From the human T2T-CHM13v2.0 reference genome, Homo sapiens, in NCBI RefSeq assembly GCF_009914755.1, contig NC_060926.1: a stretch of 64,000 nucleotides of DNA; one strand, 5' to 3'. The notes under the pieces are model-generated. The model did not search any database. It worked only from the letters and a program-made list of their open reading frames with translations, and was not told where the DNA came from. How positions within the stretch are numbered: the first letter of the stretch is position 1; every line of letters starts with the position of its first letter. The position numbers and the translations under genes are program-made. This document shows positions 1-12,264 of the stretch, one piece after another.

Positions 1-479
1 GAGACGCAGCATTGGGAGGGTTGATGGTGCTGTGCCAGGAAAGTCCACAGAAGAATGCACCACTGCTTGACGGGCACCAGGGCTACTGGGACGTTACTAA
101 CAGGCCCAGGTTGAAGGCTTAGCCTCAACTCTTTCCTTAATAATGCCCAAAAACGTGGCTGGGGAAGGGCACCCCACTGGGTAAAGAACTGAAATAACAT
201 TACAGCAGGCAACTGGAATGCCTAATTGTAACCAAAGTGTATTTTAAGACATTTTTCACAGTGAATGCTTTGTCAGGGGTTGCTGAAAAGGGATTATATG
301 AAATAGATGAAGCAGAAAATTACCCAAACTATGAGTCAGTAGAACAGAATAGATTTTAACAGATTTGGCTACATGAGCAATGCTAAGTGATAACAGATAT
401 GTTCTAAATATACTAAAAACTAAATTATTTCTATTATAAAATACAGATTTTGTAATATTTCGTCAATTTTTTTAAGTAC

Positions 480-600
480 CAGCAAGTGTCTTGTAGCATG
501 TATGTCAGAAAGTGGTATTAGATGTTGAGGACACAGAGATGACTGAGACAAATCCTTCAATTAAGTAGCTCACAGTTGAATAGGGGCATAAATAAGCTTG
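480..600 (-). mobile_element. L2 LINE 3'-end fragment
   Basis: Resembles the antisense L2 3' end (gtattagatgttgaggacacagagatgactgagacaaatcc...agctcacagt); highly diverged. Confidence 0.5.
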
Positions 601-929
601 AAAAGACCAATTAAAAATGGTGCACTAAAGGGGATAGGAAGCTGCAAGGAGGGAGAGGAGCACACACTCACCTGGAATTGGTCTCCTGCACTTCCAAACC
701 CTTGCACTCTGGGAACTGTCTTTCCAACACCTTATAAAAATACGAATCACATGTGATAAGCAAATCTACAGAGAGTTTACTACAAAGTTGAGTTCTTCCA
801 AACTTTTTCAAAACTTTCACTTATTCCAGGCACAATAGACACTAACTGTGTATGTGTTTCAATTTGAGATGCACTTTTCTTTCCCAATTCTCATGGAATC
901 GTGGATGGGTGGAAAACTAGAGATAATTT

Positions 930-1165
930 GGAAGTTAGGTTCAGACAAAACCAGGGTCAAATTCCACTGTAGAAGCTCTAATGAACCACATAGTTGTGGA
1001 CAAATTAAGTTTCTTCCCCCGAGCCTCAATCCCTTCACCTGCAAAAGAAGGGTGACACAGTTGGTTCTTGTAGGATTGAGGTGGGGATTAGAAAAAGGGT
1101 TTGTAAAGTGTCTAGAGCTGAGCCTAGCACATAAAACGTGCTCAATTCATTGTAGCTATTGTCAC
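930..1165 (+). mobile_element. MIR SINE
   Basis: MIR core-like text (gagcctcaatcccttcacctgcaaaa) and MIR 3' end (gtaaagtgtctagagc...cctagcacataaaacgtgctcaat). Explains ORF 848..1240. Confidence 0.7.
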
Positions 1166-2044
1166 TATGATAACGATTATTTTCTCCCGAGTAAACAATT
1201 CCTTAGGACATCTCTAATTGCCTCAAAACATGCTATGTAATTACCAAGGCAAAATATACTTTTACATTTTAAAATAAATAAATAATAAGATATTTATAAT
1301 AAAATATAAGTATTAAAATGGTCTAAAATAAATAGTCTACACAGCACATGGTGTAACAAAAAGCAAGATCTAAACACAGGCACACAAACGCCCCCACAGA
1401 TACACACACAGAGGCAGCCACTGCCAAGTGTCTGGGTCTTCCTGACCTAGATTCTCACCCAGGTGATAGAGGAGAGAACTCCTGGGCTGGCATCAAAGGA
1501 TGCTGTACAGTCAGGAACTCACATGTGCACAAGGGAACACTAGAGTCCCGCGATGATCTGGCTGTGAGAGCTTACTTGAGGGAGACCACTGCAGTGTGTC
1601 ATTGCTCACTAGCACCTCAGCAGATACTGATATTCTGAAAAAGAGGCGCCTTAGCATCTAGTGTCTGGCATACTCTCAGTTAACTTCTAAAGTGACAACT
1701 GGGCAAGCGGTATGACTTGGAGAAACTGGATATTTCCTCCCTTTTCTAAGAAGAGTCTCAACGGTATCTGCAAGCAGCTTTGAAGAAAGAGCACATAGAA
1801 ATACAAAGTCCGGAATTCTGTTTAACAAGGATAATAAAATAATAATGATAAAACCTAGATATAAAAGGTATTTATTCATACTATTCTAGGAAAAAGAAAA
1901 TATGTCATAAACTTGGAGATAAAATTTGAATTATGTTGCAACACGTGGAGAGGGTGAGAGCTTACATACACTGAGGATTCCTAAAGCCAGGCATGTAGAA
2001 CAGTCAGCAATCTGACACAGATACCACAGCCCAATTGAGTGAAT

Positions 2045-2155
2045 AAAGACAATTAGGACTCAGGGAAGAAGTTCCCACAAGTCACTCACATGGTTAGCAG
2101 CTGAGTCAAAGTTTTAACCTAGGACACCTCAACTGCAGGGTTCATGTTCTTCCCA
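2045..2155 (-). mobile_element. MIR fragment
   Basis: ggactcagggaagaagttcccacaagtcactcacatggttagcagctgagtc resembles the antisense MIR core. Confidence 0.5.
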
Positions 2156-2169
2156 TTGCTTAGATCACT

Positions 2170-2292
2170 TAAGCTGTAGCATGATGTTCTCTTTACCTGT
2201 CTCTGAATTAGGTTGGGCTTATCTATTTTAACCCCAGTCCCTGACATATATTAGGTATTCAATACATTTTTGTTAAAGGATTGAATGAATGG
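2170..2292 (+). mobile_element. L2 3' end
   Basis: ccccagtccctgacatatattaggtattcaatacatttt...tgaatgaatg, the typical L2 terminus. Confidence 0.55.
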
Positions 2293-3516
2293 GTGCAGCA
2301 TTATTTATTGAACTATACATTTGCATTTGTGATCGTCTATTTTCAACTTTTACCCCCACATTCTAAGCAGGAAAACACACTTTAATCTCTCTAGCTTTCT
2401 CCTTAGAAGTCTCTGGAAGGGGAATTCCCCTAAATATTACTTACTGTTTGTGCTCTCTGTTTTTCCACTCCATTCCAAGTAGAGAGCTGGCCTTTGTGCT
2501 CCATTGCCTGAAATTAGGCTGGAAAAACAGGAAGAGAAGTGAGAGCTCTTGCAGGCAGCAGGAGAGAGAGGAAAGGATTCTCAGACTTTGGAAGGGGTGT
2601 AGATACAGGATCCTGTGAGTCACTGGGCCCTGTGGTTGGCTTTGCCTTCATAAGCCAGAGAAGTACTAGAGTTTCTATCCCAAGATAGAAAGGATAGGGT
2701 ACTCTGAAGGTAGCTGCATCTGGACATAAGGGTTCTTCTCCTCAGAAATGTTTCTAAGCCCCAACCACAGCTTTGGACCCTCAAGTGGTTAATGGTAACC
2801 ATAGTGGACCACAGATCAGAGGTCCCTCCAACATTGTATGGTTTCCATGTAAGCTTCCTCTGTTCTTGTGCAATCCAAAGAAAGAAGAAGAACCCCCATA
2901 ACCCCTAAGATTCAATCCAGAAGCACTGGGTCTCAGAGTTACAACAAACTTGAGGAAAGTAAATATAGTAAAATGACGGCTCTGAATTTCAAAGATTCAA
3001 TTTCACCATGCTTAAATGTATTATGGGGAATCAACTTGGTATCTCAGAAAGGAAGGTGAAAGAGGAGGGCCTTTGAGGACTAAACATGTAATGGGAAGAG
3101 GAACAATGTACAGTGTTGGCTCAGAAGCATTGCTTTTCCCTGACTTCCACAGTGGTGAAAAGAACTCATGGCCAGCTCCCTCATCCCTCCTGAAAAGGGG
3201 GCTGGGCCTCCAAGGAAAGGACAGCTCGGCATAATCAGGCAGGTCAGACCCAGGCCTAGGGGCTCAAGGTCTCAGCGAAGACTCAGGTGCCTTAAGTGGT
3301 ATAAATATGTTGGTGCTTCCAAGCTCAAGGGGTCATGGACTCTTGGACCAAAAGCATCTCAGTGGTGCCTGGAGATGAGGTCCGTAGAGGACTTCCAGAA
3401 TCATGGGCATCATGTGGTCCCTGAGACCTCTGCACTATTGGGGGTGGAGCCCAGTCAAGCTGTTTCATGTGTCCATCATCTTCCTATCATGGAGACTTGG
3501 AGTCTGATTTAATTCG

Positions 3517-3572
3517 ATTTGAAATATATATATATATATATTTATATATAGTAACAAGACATTTGAAATATA

Positions 3573-3611
<39 letters not shown>

Positions 3612-3622
3612 ACAAGACATTT
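3517..3622. repeat. Tandem duplication of a (TA)n-containing unit
   Basis: Two copies of ATTTGAA(TA)n-GTAACAAGAC (3517-3560, 3561-3618) followed by ATTT. Confidence 0.9.
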
Positions 3623-4144
3623 CTTGCACAACCTATGTGATAAATCAAGATTAATTCCTGCTGTAATTCAGTAAAATATTAGATTTGCAGTAGAGGCCCA
3701 TAACTGCAATAACAAATTTTTTATGCCCATAGAAAATATTTATGGGGGTACTTTACAGTTTACAAAGGAAGTACCACGTGTTATAGGAAGAGGTGTTCTG
3801 AGGTTTCGCAGGGGAGGGTTATAATCTATAACTGATGCTCTAGAACAGTCTTGGACTACAGTATAAGATTAAAAACAAAAAACAAATTTCAAGTTATGTT
3901 TGTATTTTTAAGCTCTGCAATAAACCATCCCAGATGTGTCACAGTGTTTCTAAAATTTGAATAATAGAAAGATCCCTTATAAAGGAAAGAAATTCTCTAC
4001 ACCCTGCAGAATACATTCATGGAACCCTGGAGTTCATGGTCTCATGAAACCAGTCCAATTACAGGAACATACTTCCTCACTAAGAATTATGACAAGAAGG
4101 ATCTATTATCTTTCTAACTGCCAAAACTTTTGTTAAGATTATTA

Positions 4145-4146
<2 letters not shown>

Positions 4147-4186
<40 letters not shown>
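4147..4186. repeat. (GT)20 microsatellite
   Basis: Perfect dinucleotide run. Confidence 0.98.
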
Positions 4187-4188
<2 letters not shown>

Positions 4189-4763
4189 TGTGTATTCCAA
4201 GGAAAGGCGTCATCTCTTGATTTTACATCTACAGATTCCAGAGGATCTGTGCTCCTTAATTTGAGAGTCCTGTTCTCAACTGTGGATGAGAACTCCACAT
4301 TCACAGCACTCACAGAATTTAGACAGAAGGACCTTTCTATAGCCACAGCCTCTGAGTTATAGTGATAGCCCTCGTGGGTGCCGGCGGGGGCTGCAGGTAT
4401 TATGACCTGGGCAGCTTTCTGCCTAGCTAGTCCTCGTTCATCACCCATTTCTGTTAATCCTGACAAGATACTTGCTAACAAGGAAGAGGAGAGGGAGAGA
4501 GGGCATGTTGAAAGTAGACTCTGTCATTACCAGTAAAGCAGCCACACATCAAATCACGGGAGGGGATAAGTCATTTAATTATAGAACTACAAAGAGAACC
4601 CAGAGTTGCAAGGATTGAATGCAAATCTTCATGGAGAAATTATTTTATTTCTGGAGTTTCAGTCTCCTCCTTTGTAAGGTGAGCAGGTGGTGAGGTGTCT
4701 GTGAAGGCTCATTTCCAGTGTCTTTCTATAACAAATATTTGTTCCTTGTTCCATGTTTTAAAA

Positions 4764-4930
4764 AGCACTTTTACATTTATTCTTATTCAATCTTCATAAC
4801 AACTAAAGATTATAGTCTCTGTTTTATTGATGAGGAAAGCAATCTTCAGAGAATTTAGATCAAGAGCTAATAAGGGATGGATTGGTGCTATATTGTAGGT
4901 CTCTAGGATCTCAAATCCCACCCTTTTCTC
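4764..4930 (-). mobile_element. MIR fragment
   Basis: gcacttttacatttattcttattcaatcttcataacaac...ttttattgatgaggaaagc, antisense MIR. Confidence 0.6.
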
Positions 4931-6469
4931 TTACAGAGTAGGGTTTTGGGGTCTTAGGCTTCACAGGAGCTGTGCCTTTGGAAATCAAGACTGGGAAGAA
5001 AGGGTGACAGAAAAAATGTTAGGGAATATTTCCCTGGGGCTCCTTAGATGTATTGATTCCTCTTTGTAAATCTACCTGGTTTCTCGATCTCTGTTGTTAT
5101 TTCTGATCTGGGCCTCTCAACGGTTTAAACCAAAGGGATTATTCAAAACACAGTAGGAAATTCAGGAGCTTTTTCATGCCTCTGTTCTATTCATTCAGTA
5201 CATTCACTTGTCCTAGTCATTCTAATCTCTACTATTGTACCCTAGATCTCCCAGGTTGCCAGCCTTGACCTAGCCAGGCTGCAGAAATGTGAGCCTGTGC
5301 TGGAGAATGGGGATCCTGTTTCAGTGACAGCCAGCTCATTTTTCAACTGTGAGATTTCATTAGGATAGGGACCAAGCTGACTGCAAGTGATGCTGTTTGC
5401 CTGCAACCATCTCTCAATACCCCACAGTAGGTGATTATATAAACCTATTGAGGGGTAAGCCTCAGATCACATGAATATAGATTAGAAGAACAAGGTACAG
5501 CATAATCTGATTCCATCTAAACTGGCTTGCAAAACCCCATGAAGTCATCCTTACTGAGGATTCTTATTTTCAACAATGTTTTCTTATAGTGCATGAAAAC
5601 CAGCCAGACATGTGAGGCTAAACCAAACATTGTTTTCTATGGATTTAGCTCCCACTAGCCTTGGATTAAAAAAAAGAAGAAAGATTTGATGAGCCCAGTA
5701 TGGTTGTATTTTACCCCAACTAAAGCCACAACGAGGTGACAGAATCTGGTTTTCATTTAAGCTGAAATCCTATAAAATAATAATAATAATAATAATGCAT
5801 CCAAGCACTGTCAGCATTGTTTAACAATTCTCTGAGAAGTTTCTTCCCCTCCCCAAAATACTGGCAAGAAATGTCTTCTCTGTTGAAGGAGCTGGAAACC
5901 CATTCAACTCTCTCTATGCTATCAAGTTGTTGCTTAATAAGGAGTGCAGTAAGAGAACTTGCATCTCTGTCACATCAGTACCCTGGAAACCACAGTCAAG
6001 AAACATCTCACAGAATGACTCCACCATGACAGAAACAACCAAGAGGACTAGCAATTTCTCTGACTCCAGTGCCAAAATCCCACTGCCAGGAAGAGTGAAG
6101 TCAGTCATACAATATGCACAATCACTGTTTCCTGACAAAAAGGATCCCATTTCTTCTAAACTCTGTGTGAGGTGGTAAGGAGGAGAGATGGGAAGGAGTG
6201 GACACTTTGGTCTCTGTTCCACACCATATTGCTGGTTGAGATTTATTTTTAAGAGAAAAAATATTGTTTCATATATTTCATTATGTCACATATTTTGATA
6301 TCCTGTAATTACAAAACATGATAACAGCCCTTTGTTTATACTGAAATTATCATGATCTGGGGTCCTCTGGTGAATAGGTTGAAATTTATTCAAATTTAAA
6401 GAACCCCTATATCTCTACTAGAAAAAATAAATTAATTTTTTTAAAAAATGTTTTTTCCAAAAAGAAACA

Positions 6470-6670
6470 AAATACCAAACAATACCAAGTGTTGACAAGG
6501 ATATAAAGCAACTAGAATTCTCATATGTTGTTGGTAAGACTTCAAAATGTTACAACCTCTTTGGAAAACAGTTGGAAACTTTTTATACAGTTTCATGCAT
6601 ACTTTCTATATGACCCAAAATTCCCACATTTGGGTATTTACATAAGAAAAATAAAAACATGTTCAACAAA
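6470..6670 (+). mobile_element. Old L1M (L1MD/L1ME-like) ORF2 end, left part of split host element
   Basis: aataccaagtgttgacaaggat...caactagaattctcatatgttgttgg...tatgacccaaaattcccac; continues at 15605. Confidence 0.75.
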
Positions 6671-8961
6671 GGAGGGAAAAATGGCAGACAGGAGGCAGGA
6701 CTAACTCACAGCTCCCTCTCAGATAGACATAGCAGTGTGTGGAGACCCACATCGTGATCTTTTGCTCCAAGAACTACCACAAGAACTTAACAGGAAAGCC
6801 AAGAGAATCCACAGACCCTTTGAAGGAGGTGGATTGCTGGGCTGCAGGCTCTGTGGGACAGCCGAGGAACTGCGAATTGGCTTGATTTCTCAGATGGGAG
6901 GCTTGTAGCCTGGGGCAAGTTCTCCGCCCTGCTCATGGGCTGCCTAGAAATAAACTTGGTGCTTTTGGGGGAGCACAGTGGGAGTGAGACCAACCTTTTG
7001 GGCTGTAGGCTGCGTAGGAGCAGGGTGAGTCCTGTGGCTGCTGCTTTCCCCTACTTCCCCGGACCTGCATGACATAGCAGAAGCAACCATAATCCCTCTG
7101 GAAACATAACTGCACTGGCCTGTGAACCACACTCCCATCTCCCACAACAGCCGCAGCAAACCCCACCCAAAGAGAGACAGAGCTCAGACATACCTAGCCC
7201 TGCCCCCACCTGATGGTCTTTCTCTACTGGCTCTGGTAGCCGAAAACAAAGGACATAATCTCTTGGGAGCTCAAGGGCCCTGCCCACCACCTGATTCTCC
7301 CTATACTACTGCAACTGATGCACTCTTGAAAGGGCCAGCATGAATTTGTGGCCAACCAACACAAAGCAAGTGCATTTAACAAAAATACAAGCAAGGAAGT
7401 TCACAGAGTCCACTTCACTCCCTGCTACCTCCACCAGAGCAGGTACTGGTATTCATGGCTGAGAAACCTGAAGGTGGATCACATCACAGGACTCTTTGCA
7501 GGCACTCCTCAGTACCAGCCCAGAGCCCAGTAGCTCTGCTGGGTGGCTAGACCCAGAAGAGAAATGACACTCACCGCAGTTTGGCTGTAAGGAAGCTCCA
7601 TCTCTAGAGGAAAGGGGAGAACACTACATCAAGAGAGCACCCCATGGGACAGAAGAATCTGAGCAGCAGCGCTTCACTCCCAGATCTTCCCTCTGACATG
7701 GTCTCCCCAAAAGAGAAGGAACCAGAAGAACAATTCTGGTAATATGAGAAAAACAGGGTTTTTAACACCCTCAAAAGATCACACTAGCTCACCAGCAATG
7801 CATCAAAACTAAGACAAAATCTCTGAATTGCCAGAAAAAGAATTCATGAGGTCCACTATTAAGCCAAACAAGGAGACAAAAGAGAAAGGCGAAATCCAAC
7901 TTAAAGAAATTTTTTAAAAAGATACAGAATATGAATGGAAAAATCTCTAGTGAAATAGCATATTTAAAAAACAATCATAACTTCTGGAAATGAAGGACAC
8001 ACTTAAAGGACTGCAAAATGCACTGGAAAGTCTCAGGAATATAATCAAACAAGTAGAATAAAAAACTTCAGAGCTCAAAGTAAAGGCTTTCTAATTAACC
8101 CAATCTAACAAAGACAAAGAAAAAAAGCATTTAAAAAATGAAAAAAGCCTCCAAGAAGTTTGGGATTATGTTAAATGACTTAACCTAATAATCACTGGTG
8201 TTCCTGAGGAATGAGAGAAATCTAAAAGTTTGGAAAGCACATTTGAGGGAATAATCAAGGAAAACTTCCCTGGCCTTGCTAGAGCCCTAGACATCCAAAT
8301 ATATGACTCTCAAAGACCTGTGAAATTCATCACAAAAAGATCATCACCTAGGCACACAGCCATCAGGTTATCTAAAGTCAAGATGAAGAAAAGAATCTTA
8401 AGAGCTATGAGGCAAAAGCATCAGGTAACCTATAAAGGAAAACATATCAGATTAACTGCAGATTTCTCAGCAGAAGCCCTCCCTACAAGCTAGAAGGGAT
8501 TGGGGTCCTATCTTTAGCTTCCTTAAACAATTATCAGCCAATAATTTTGTATACAGTGAAACTAAGCTTCATAAATGAAGGAAAGATGAAGTCTTTTTCA
8601 GACAAATGCCAAGAGAATTCTCCAATACCAAGCCAGCACTACAAGAACTGCTAAAAGGAGCTCTAAATCTCGAAACAAATCCTTGAAATGCACCAAAACA
8701 GAATCCTGTTAAAGCATAAATCCCACAGGACCTATAAAACAACACCACAATGAAAGAAAATCAAGGTATTCAGGCAAGAAACAGCACAATGAATAGAATA
8801 GTATCTCACATTTCAATACTAATATTGAATGTAAATGGCCTAAATGGTACACTTAAAAGATACAGAATGGCAGAAGGATGAGAATTCACCAACCAAATAT
8901 CTGCTCTCTTCAACAGACTAGCCTGACACAGAAGGACTCCCATAAATTTAAGGCAAAGGGG
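6671..8961 (+). mobile_element. L1PB element, 5' part (L1PBa-type 5' UTR, ORF1, start of ORF2)
   Basis: Starts ggagggaaaaatggcagacaggaggcaggactaac; carries an ORF1 remnant; ORF2 endonuclease start SHISILILNVNGLN near 8800. Confidence 0.88.
7705..8690 (+). pseudogene. L1 ORF1p remnant (stops and frameshifts)
   Basis: ORF 8230..8493 contains IIKENFPGLAR...SPRH.AIRLSKV...QVTYKGKHIRLTADFSAE, matching the L1 ORF1p RRM/CTD. Confidence 0.88.
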
Positions 8962-9149
8962 TCTGGGGTTTTTATGGGTACAGGATGGGGGGTGGGGCGG
9001 GACAGGTTGGTTTTGGAAAAGGCAACATTCAAGTGGGAAAACAGGAATACATGTTCTCACTTTGGACTGTGGGTATAAGCTTGAGGATGTGGCCCTCACT
9101 GGGGACCACCCTCTTCTACCCACTATTTCCCTGCCTGCTGTCTGTATAA
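8958..9149 (-). mobile_element. Truncated 3' LTR (first ~190 bp of U3)
   Basis: Aligns with 12870-13056, about 25 substitutions plus 2 indels by manual count. Confidence 0.9.
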
Positions 9150-9161
9150 TTTCTCCCCTCT
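9150..9161 (-). other. Polypurine tract
   Basis: Minus strand AGAGGGGAGAAA immediately precedes the 3' LTR start. Confidence 0.8.
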
Positions 9162-9229
9162 GAAGAGGGACATCTAACTGCCATTAGAATATGGACCACG
9201 ACCAGTCTTAGCTACTTCCTGATGATAGA

Positions 9230-9420
9230 GAGCATTGTTTTGGAAAGAATCGCAGTCAGATTCCTCCCAGGGGGTTGCCTGGTGAAAGAGAGACATTGTG
9301 CAAGGCTGGCTCCAGTTGCTGATCATTTGGAGTTTGATGGCCTCTAGGCAAGAGAGAAAAAAAAAAAAAAGTTTTACAAGGCTAAGCATGCAAGGGCCAA
9401 ACATACGTATTATACAAGGA
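9230..9420 (-). pseudogene. ERV env transmembrane/cytoplasmic tail remnant
   Basis: ORF 9174..9494 contains FGPC...LEAIKLQM, the gamma-type Env C-terminal motif (cf. HERV-W FGPC...IEAVKLQM). Confidence 0.75.
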
Positions 9421-9544
9421 AAGAATCTAGTGCCAAAGATTTCAGAAATAAGAAAGTGAAATATACTAATAACAATGTACCCCAGCTGTTTCACCCTGGA
9501 AAGATATTAAGCCTTGTATGGGAACCATTAAAATTTAGAAGAGA

Positions 9545-10873
9545 GATAACTGTTCTTGCCACATCTGTAGCAGTTAACATGTGCACCTTGCAAATTCTGG
9601 GGTTTGTGGGCTTGCACGCTGGCCATTAAAGCTTCTGCCCCTTTCTTGTGTCTCCCTATCTTTATTGTAAAAGACGAAGGCAGCCACTTTCAGGGAGTTC
9701 TCTAAAGTACTATCTTGTTCCTCCTGATATCAGGGGGTGCCTGAGTAATAAATTTATCCTTTAGGATTAGTTGTCCCTTGACAGAATCAGGAGATAGAGA
9801 GGTGTGCTTTACCAATGGCCCTTCTTAGCATCTCCAATAAGGCAGTGGGATATTCATTAAATTCCTGGTCTATAACGGATAACTTGGTATAGTTGAGAGG
9901 CTTAGTTCTAGTCCTACATAAGCCCTCTATTATTCACACCTGAAAGTGTCTCCTCTTCTATTTTCCCATCTCATCTTCGGGATTCCATTTAGGGTCATCC
10001 ACTGGTACTCCTTCTCTCCCATTTGGGTAAAGTTTGGTCCCTTCCCTGATGCTATATGTGATACAAAGCTCATCCCCAAATCTCTGCACTTGTAGAGCAG
10101 CCTGTTTCTCAGTGTTATATAGGGTTTGATTCAAAAGAAACATAACGTCTTTCTGGGAGAGTTAAAATACTTGGATTAAATTCTGGAAAGCCTCTATATA
10201 TCTGTCAGGTCATCTGAAATCTTACCATGATCCCCCTTAATTTGCCTTAAATCCTGCAGAGAAAATGGGACCTGGACCTTACTGAGGCCAAATTCACCAG
10301 GCATCTGTTGGAGGGGCAAGAGTGAGAATGGGTCTTGTCTAGGGTGAGGATTTCTAACAGAGGGCAAGTGAAACAGGGAAGCTGGAGAGGGAGGAGGGGG
10401 TGGATCTGGAGGAGCAGGCCTGGAGGGAGCTGGCTCCCCTGCCTGGGGCTGCCTTTAGAATTCATTTCTTTAGTTCCCTGGGATTGACCCTTGCAGCTTC
10501 TCCTGAGATTTCAAATAGCAGGGCTGGATCAATTCCACACTTTTGGCAAAGGTCTGGATTCCCCCGAAAGGTAAAGAAAGCCTGCACATATGGGGCGTCA
10601 GACCATTTGACCTTGCGTTTGTAGAAAAGGGCCAACTACCGGATGGCATCAAAATGAATGGTTCCTTTCTGAGGCCAAGCCAGTACTTCATAATTTGGCC
10701 AAACCTTTGTGCAAAGGGATATAACGTGTTTTTGCTCCAGAGTCTCAAACTTTTGTGCAAAGGGTTATAATGTGTTTTTGCTCCAGAGTCTGAAGGTCAA
10801 AGCAGTCCCAGTGACTCAGGATACACTCCAGAGGAGTATAAACTGGGTGTGGTGAAGATCACTGGTTGCCCAT
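9545..10873 (-). pseudogene. gag: ERV gag remnant (HERV-W/HERV9-like)
   Basis: Manual translation gives MGNQ*SSPHPVYTPLECILSHWDCFD from 10873 (MA), LNQTL...EKQAA...FGDE...VPVDDPKW and KHTSLSPDSVKGQLILKDKFITQAPPDIRR (CA), and CYRCGK at 9555-9572 (start of NC knuckle). Multiple stops and frameshifts. Confidence 0.88.
10700..10791. repeat. 46-bp tandem duplication in gag
   Basis: 10700-10745 vs 10746-10791, 43/46 identical. Confidence 0.95.
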
Positions 10874-11643
10874 TCGCAAAGACAGGGAAATAGGTGTCCC
10901 TCATTTCCCTTGTTTCTTTCAGTGAAAACTCAGGGTGTGAGGGAGAGAGAAAGTGGGTGTCCCACTTTCTCTTCCATCTTTTTATCTCAGAGTCCCTGTG
11001 ACCTTCGCAGGTGCCACCCATGGGTGCCAATGTGGCTGGCACCCATGAAGGAGGGAGGGCTTACAGAATAGGAATTATCCACACTCACCTATGCCTCTAC
11101 CTCCCCTACTGTTGACAACCTTTGAGTTCCCTGGGCCTTATCTACACCATGGAGCATGTCCCCCTTCCATGAAGCGGGGGTTAATTGGCAGGAAGTAGTC
11201 CTGTCCATTTACACTGTGCATGTTCCCTGGCTTTGGACCCCTTGGATCTGGTTTTCCTTTCTAGGGCTGCAACCCAAAGATTAGAATTTCAGTTTGGGAC
11301 AAAAAGGTGCCTGAGGGTATGCATGGATTCAGTTAGATTAAGTCCCAGACAGGCCTTGCCAAATTTGCAGTTATTAGCCAGTGCAGGTCTCTCCTCTGTT
11401 GTTTTCCTATCATAAGCAGAGTGCTGGGGTAGGAAAAAAACCCTCTCATATATAAAAGGGGGGAAAAAACAGCTTCAAGTGAAAGAAAAAAAAAAAAAGG
11501 AGTGGGGTCCTGGGAGGAAAACCTCTTGCTCTGTGCAAATGGGTTCCTTTAATCACTGTATCCTATCCGCCGGTTCAGACCGAGTTGAACTCCTCAGCCA
11601 TGAAAGGAAAGTCTCTTTGGGAGTGTGGCGGGAGATGGCAACT

Positions 11644-11697
11644 AGCCAGAGGGGACAGCGAGCCAGAGGGGACAACGAGCCGGAGGGGATGGCGAGC
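11644..11697. repeat. 17-bp x3 tandem repeat in ERV leader
   Basis: agccagaggggacagcg / agccagaggggacaacg / agccggaggggatggcg. Confidence 0.9.
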
Positions 11698-12244
11698 AGT
11701 AAACACAGTCCCCTATCTGGGGGCCCTGGCCTGCATGATCACCTGGGGCCTGGGTGGCATGCACAGCTTACTCCTGCCCTGCTGAGCCATTGGGCACAGT
11801 TTACACGTGTGGCAAACACACCCAGGCACCTAAGCTGGTAGTGGAGGGGGTGAGGTGGGAAACCTGTGGCTGTTGGGGTGGGGACGGCAGCTCTAAGAAC
11901 AGATGAAAGTCACAATTTTTTCTGAATTGCATATCTGATTGCTGGGCCAAACACTCATTCTATTTAACACTTCTGCAGTCTGTAGCAAAACCCTTAACTT
12001 TATAAAAGGAGACATAGGAGCCACTTCAAACTGAAAGAAGGAAGGAAAGATACATAGGAAAATCTGGGGGTCTTGGCCGATGCCTTCAGTTACCAAGGAC
12101 ATTGTCATGGTCCCACATGACAGCTAGACCTCTGTGAAGGGAGACTGAGCCAACATTCCTTTCACCCAGAAGAAAGAGAGGTGGCAGTGCCTTGCAAAAC
12201 AGACAGATCCAACAGTTCTGTGTTTGTACCTACCCATCTGACAG

Positions 12245-12262
12245 ATCCCGGACAAGCACCCA
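12245..12262 (-). other. Primer binding site, tRNA-Pro
   Basis: Minus strand TGGGTGCTTGTCCGGGAT vs canonical Pro PBS TGGGGGCTCGTCCGGGAT (16/18), 2 nt after the LTR terminal CA. Confidence 0.9.
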
Positions 12263-12264
12263 GA

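Noticed and set aside
9174-9494. Possible domesticated env (syncytin-like) ORF
   Set aside because: Only the C-terminal tail motif survives; there is no signal peptide, SU, furin site or immunosuppressive domain.
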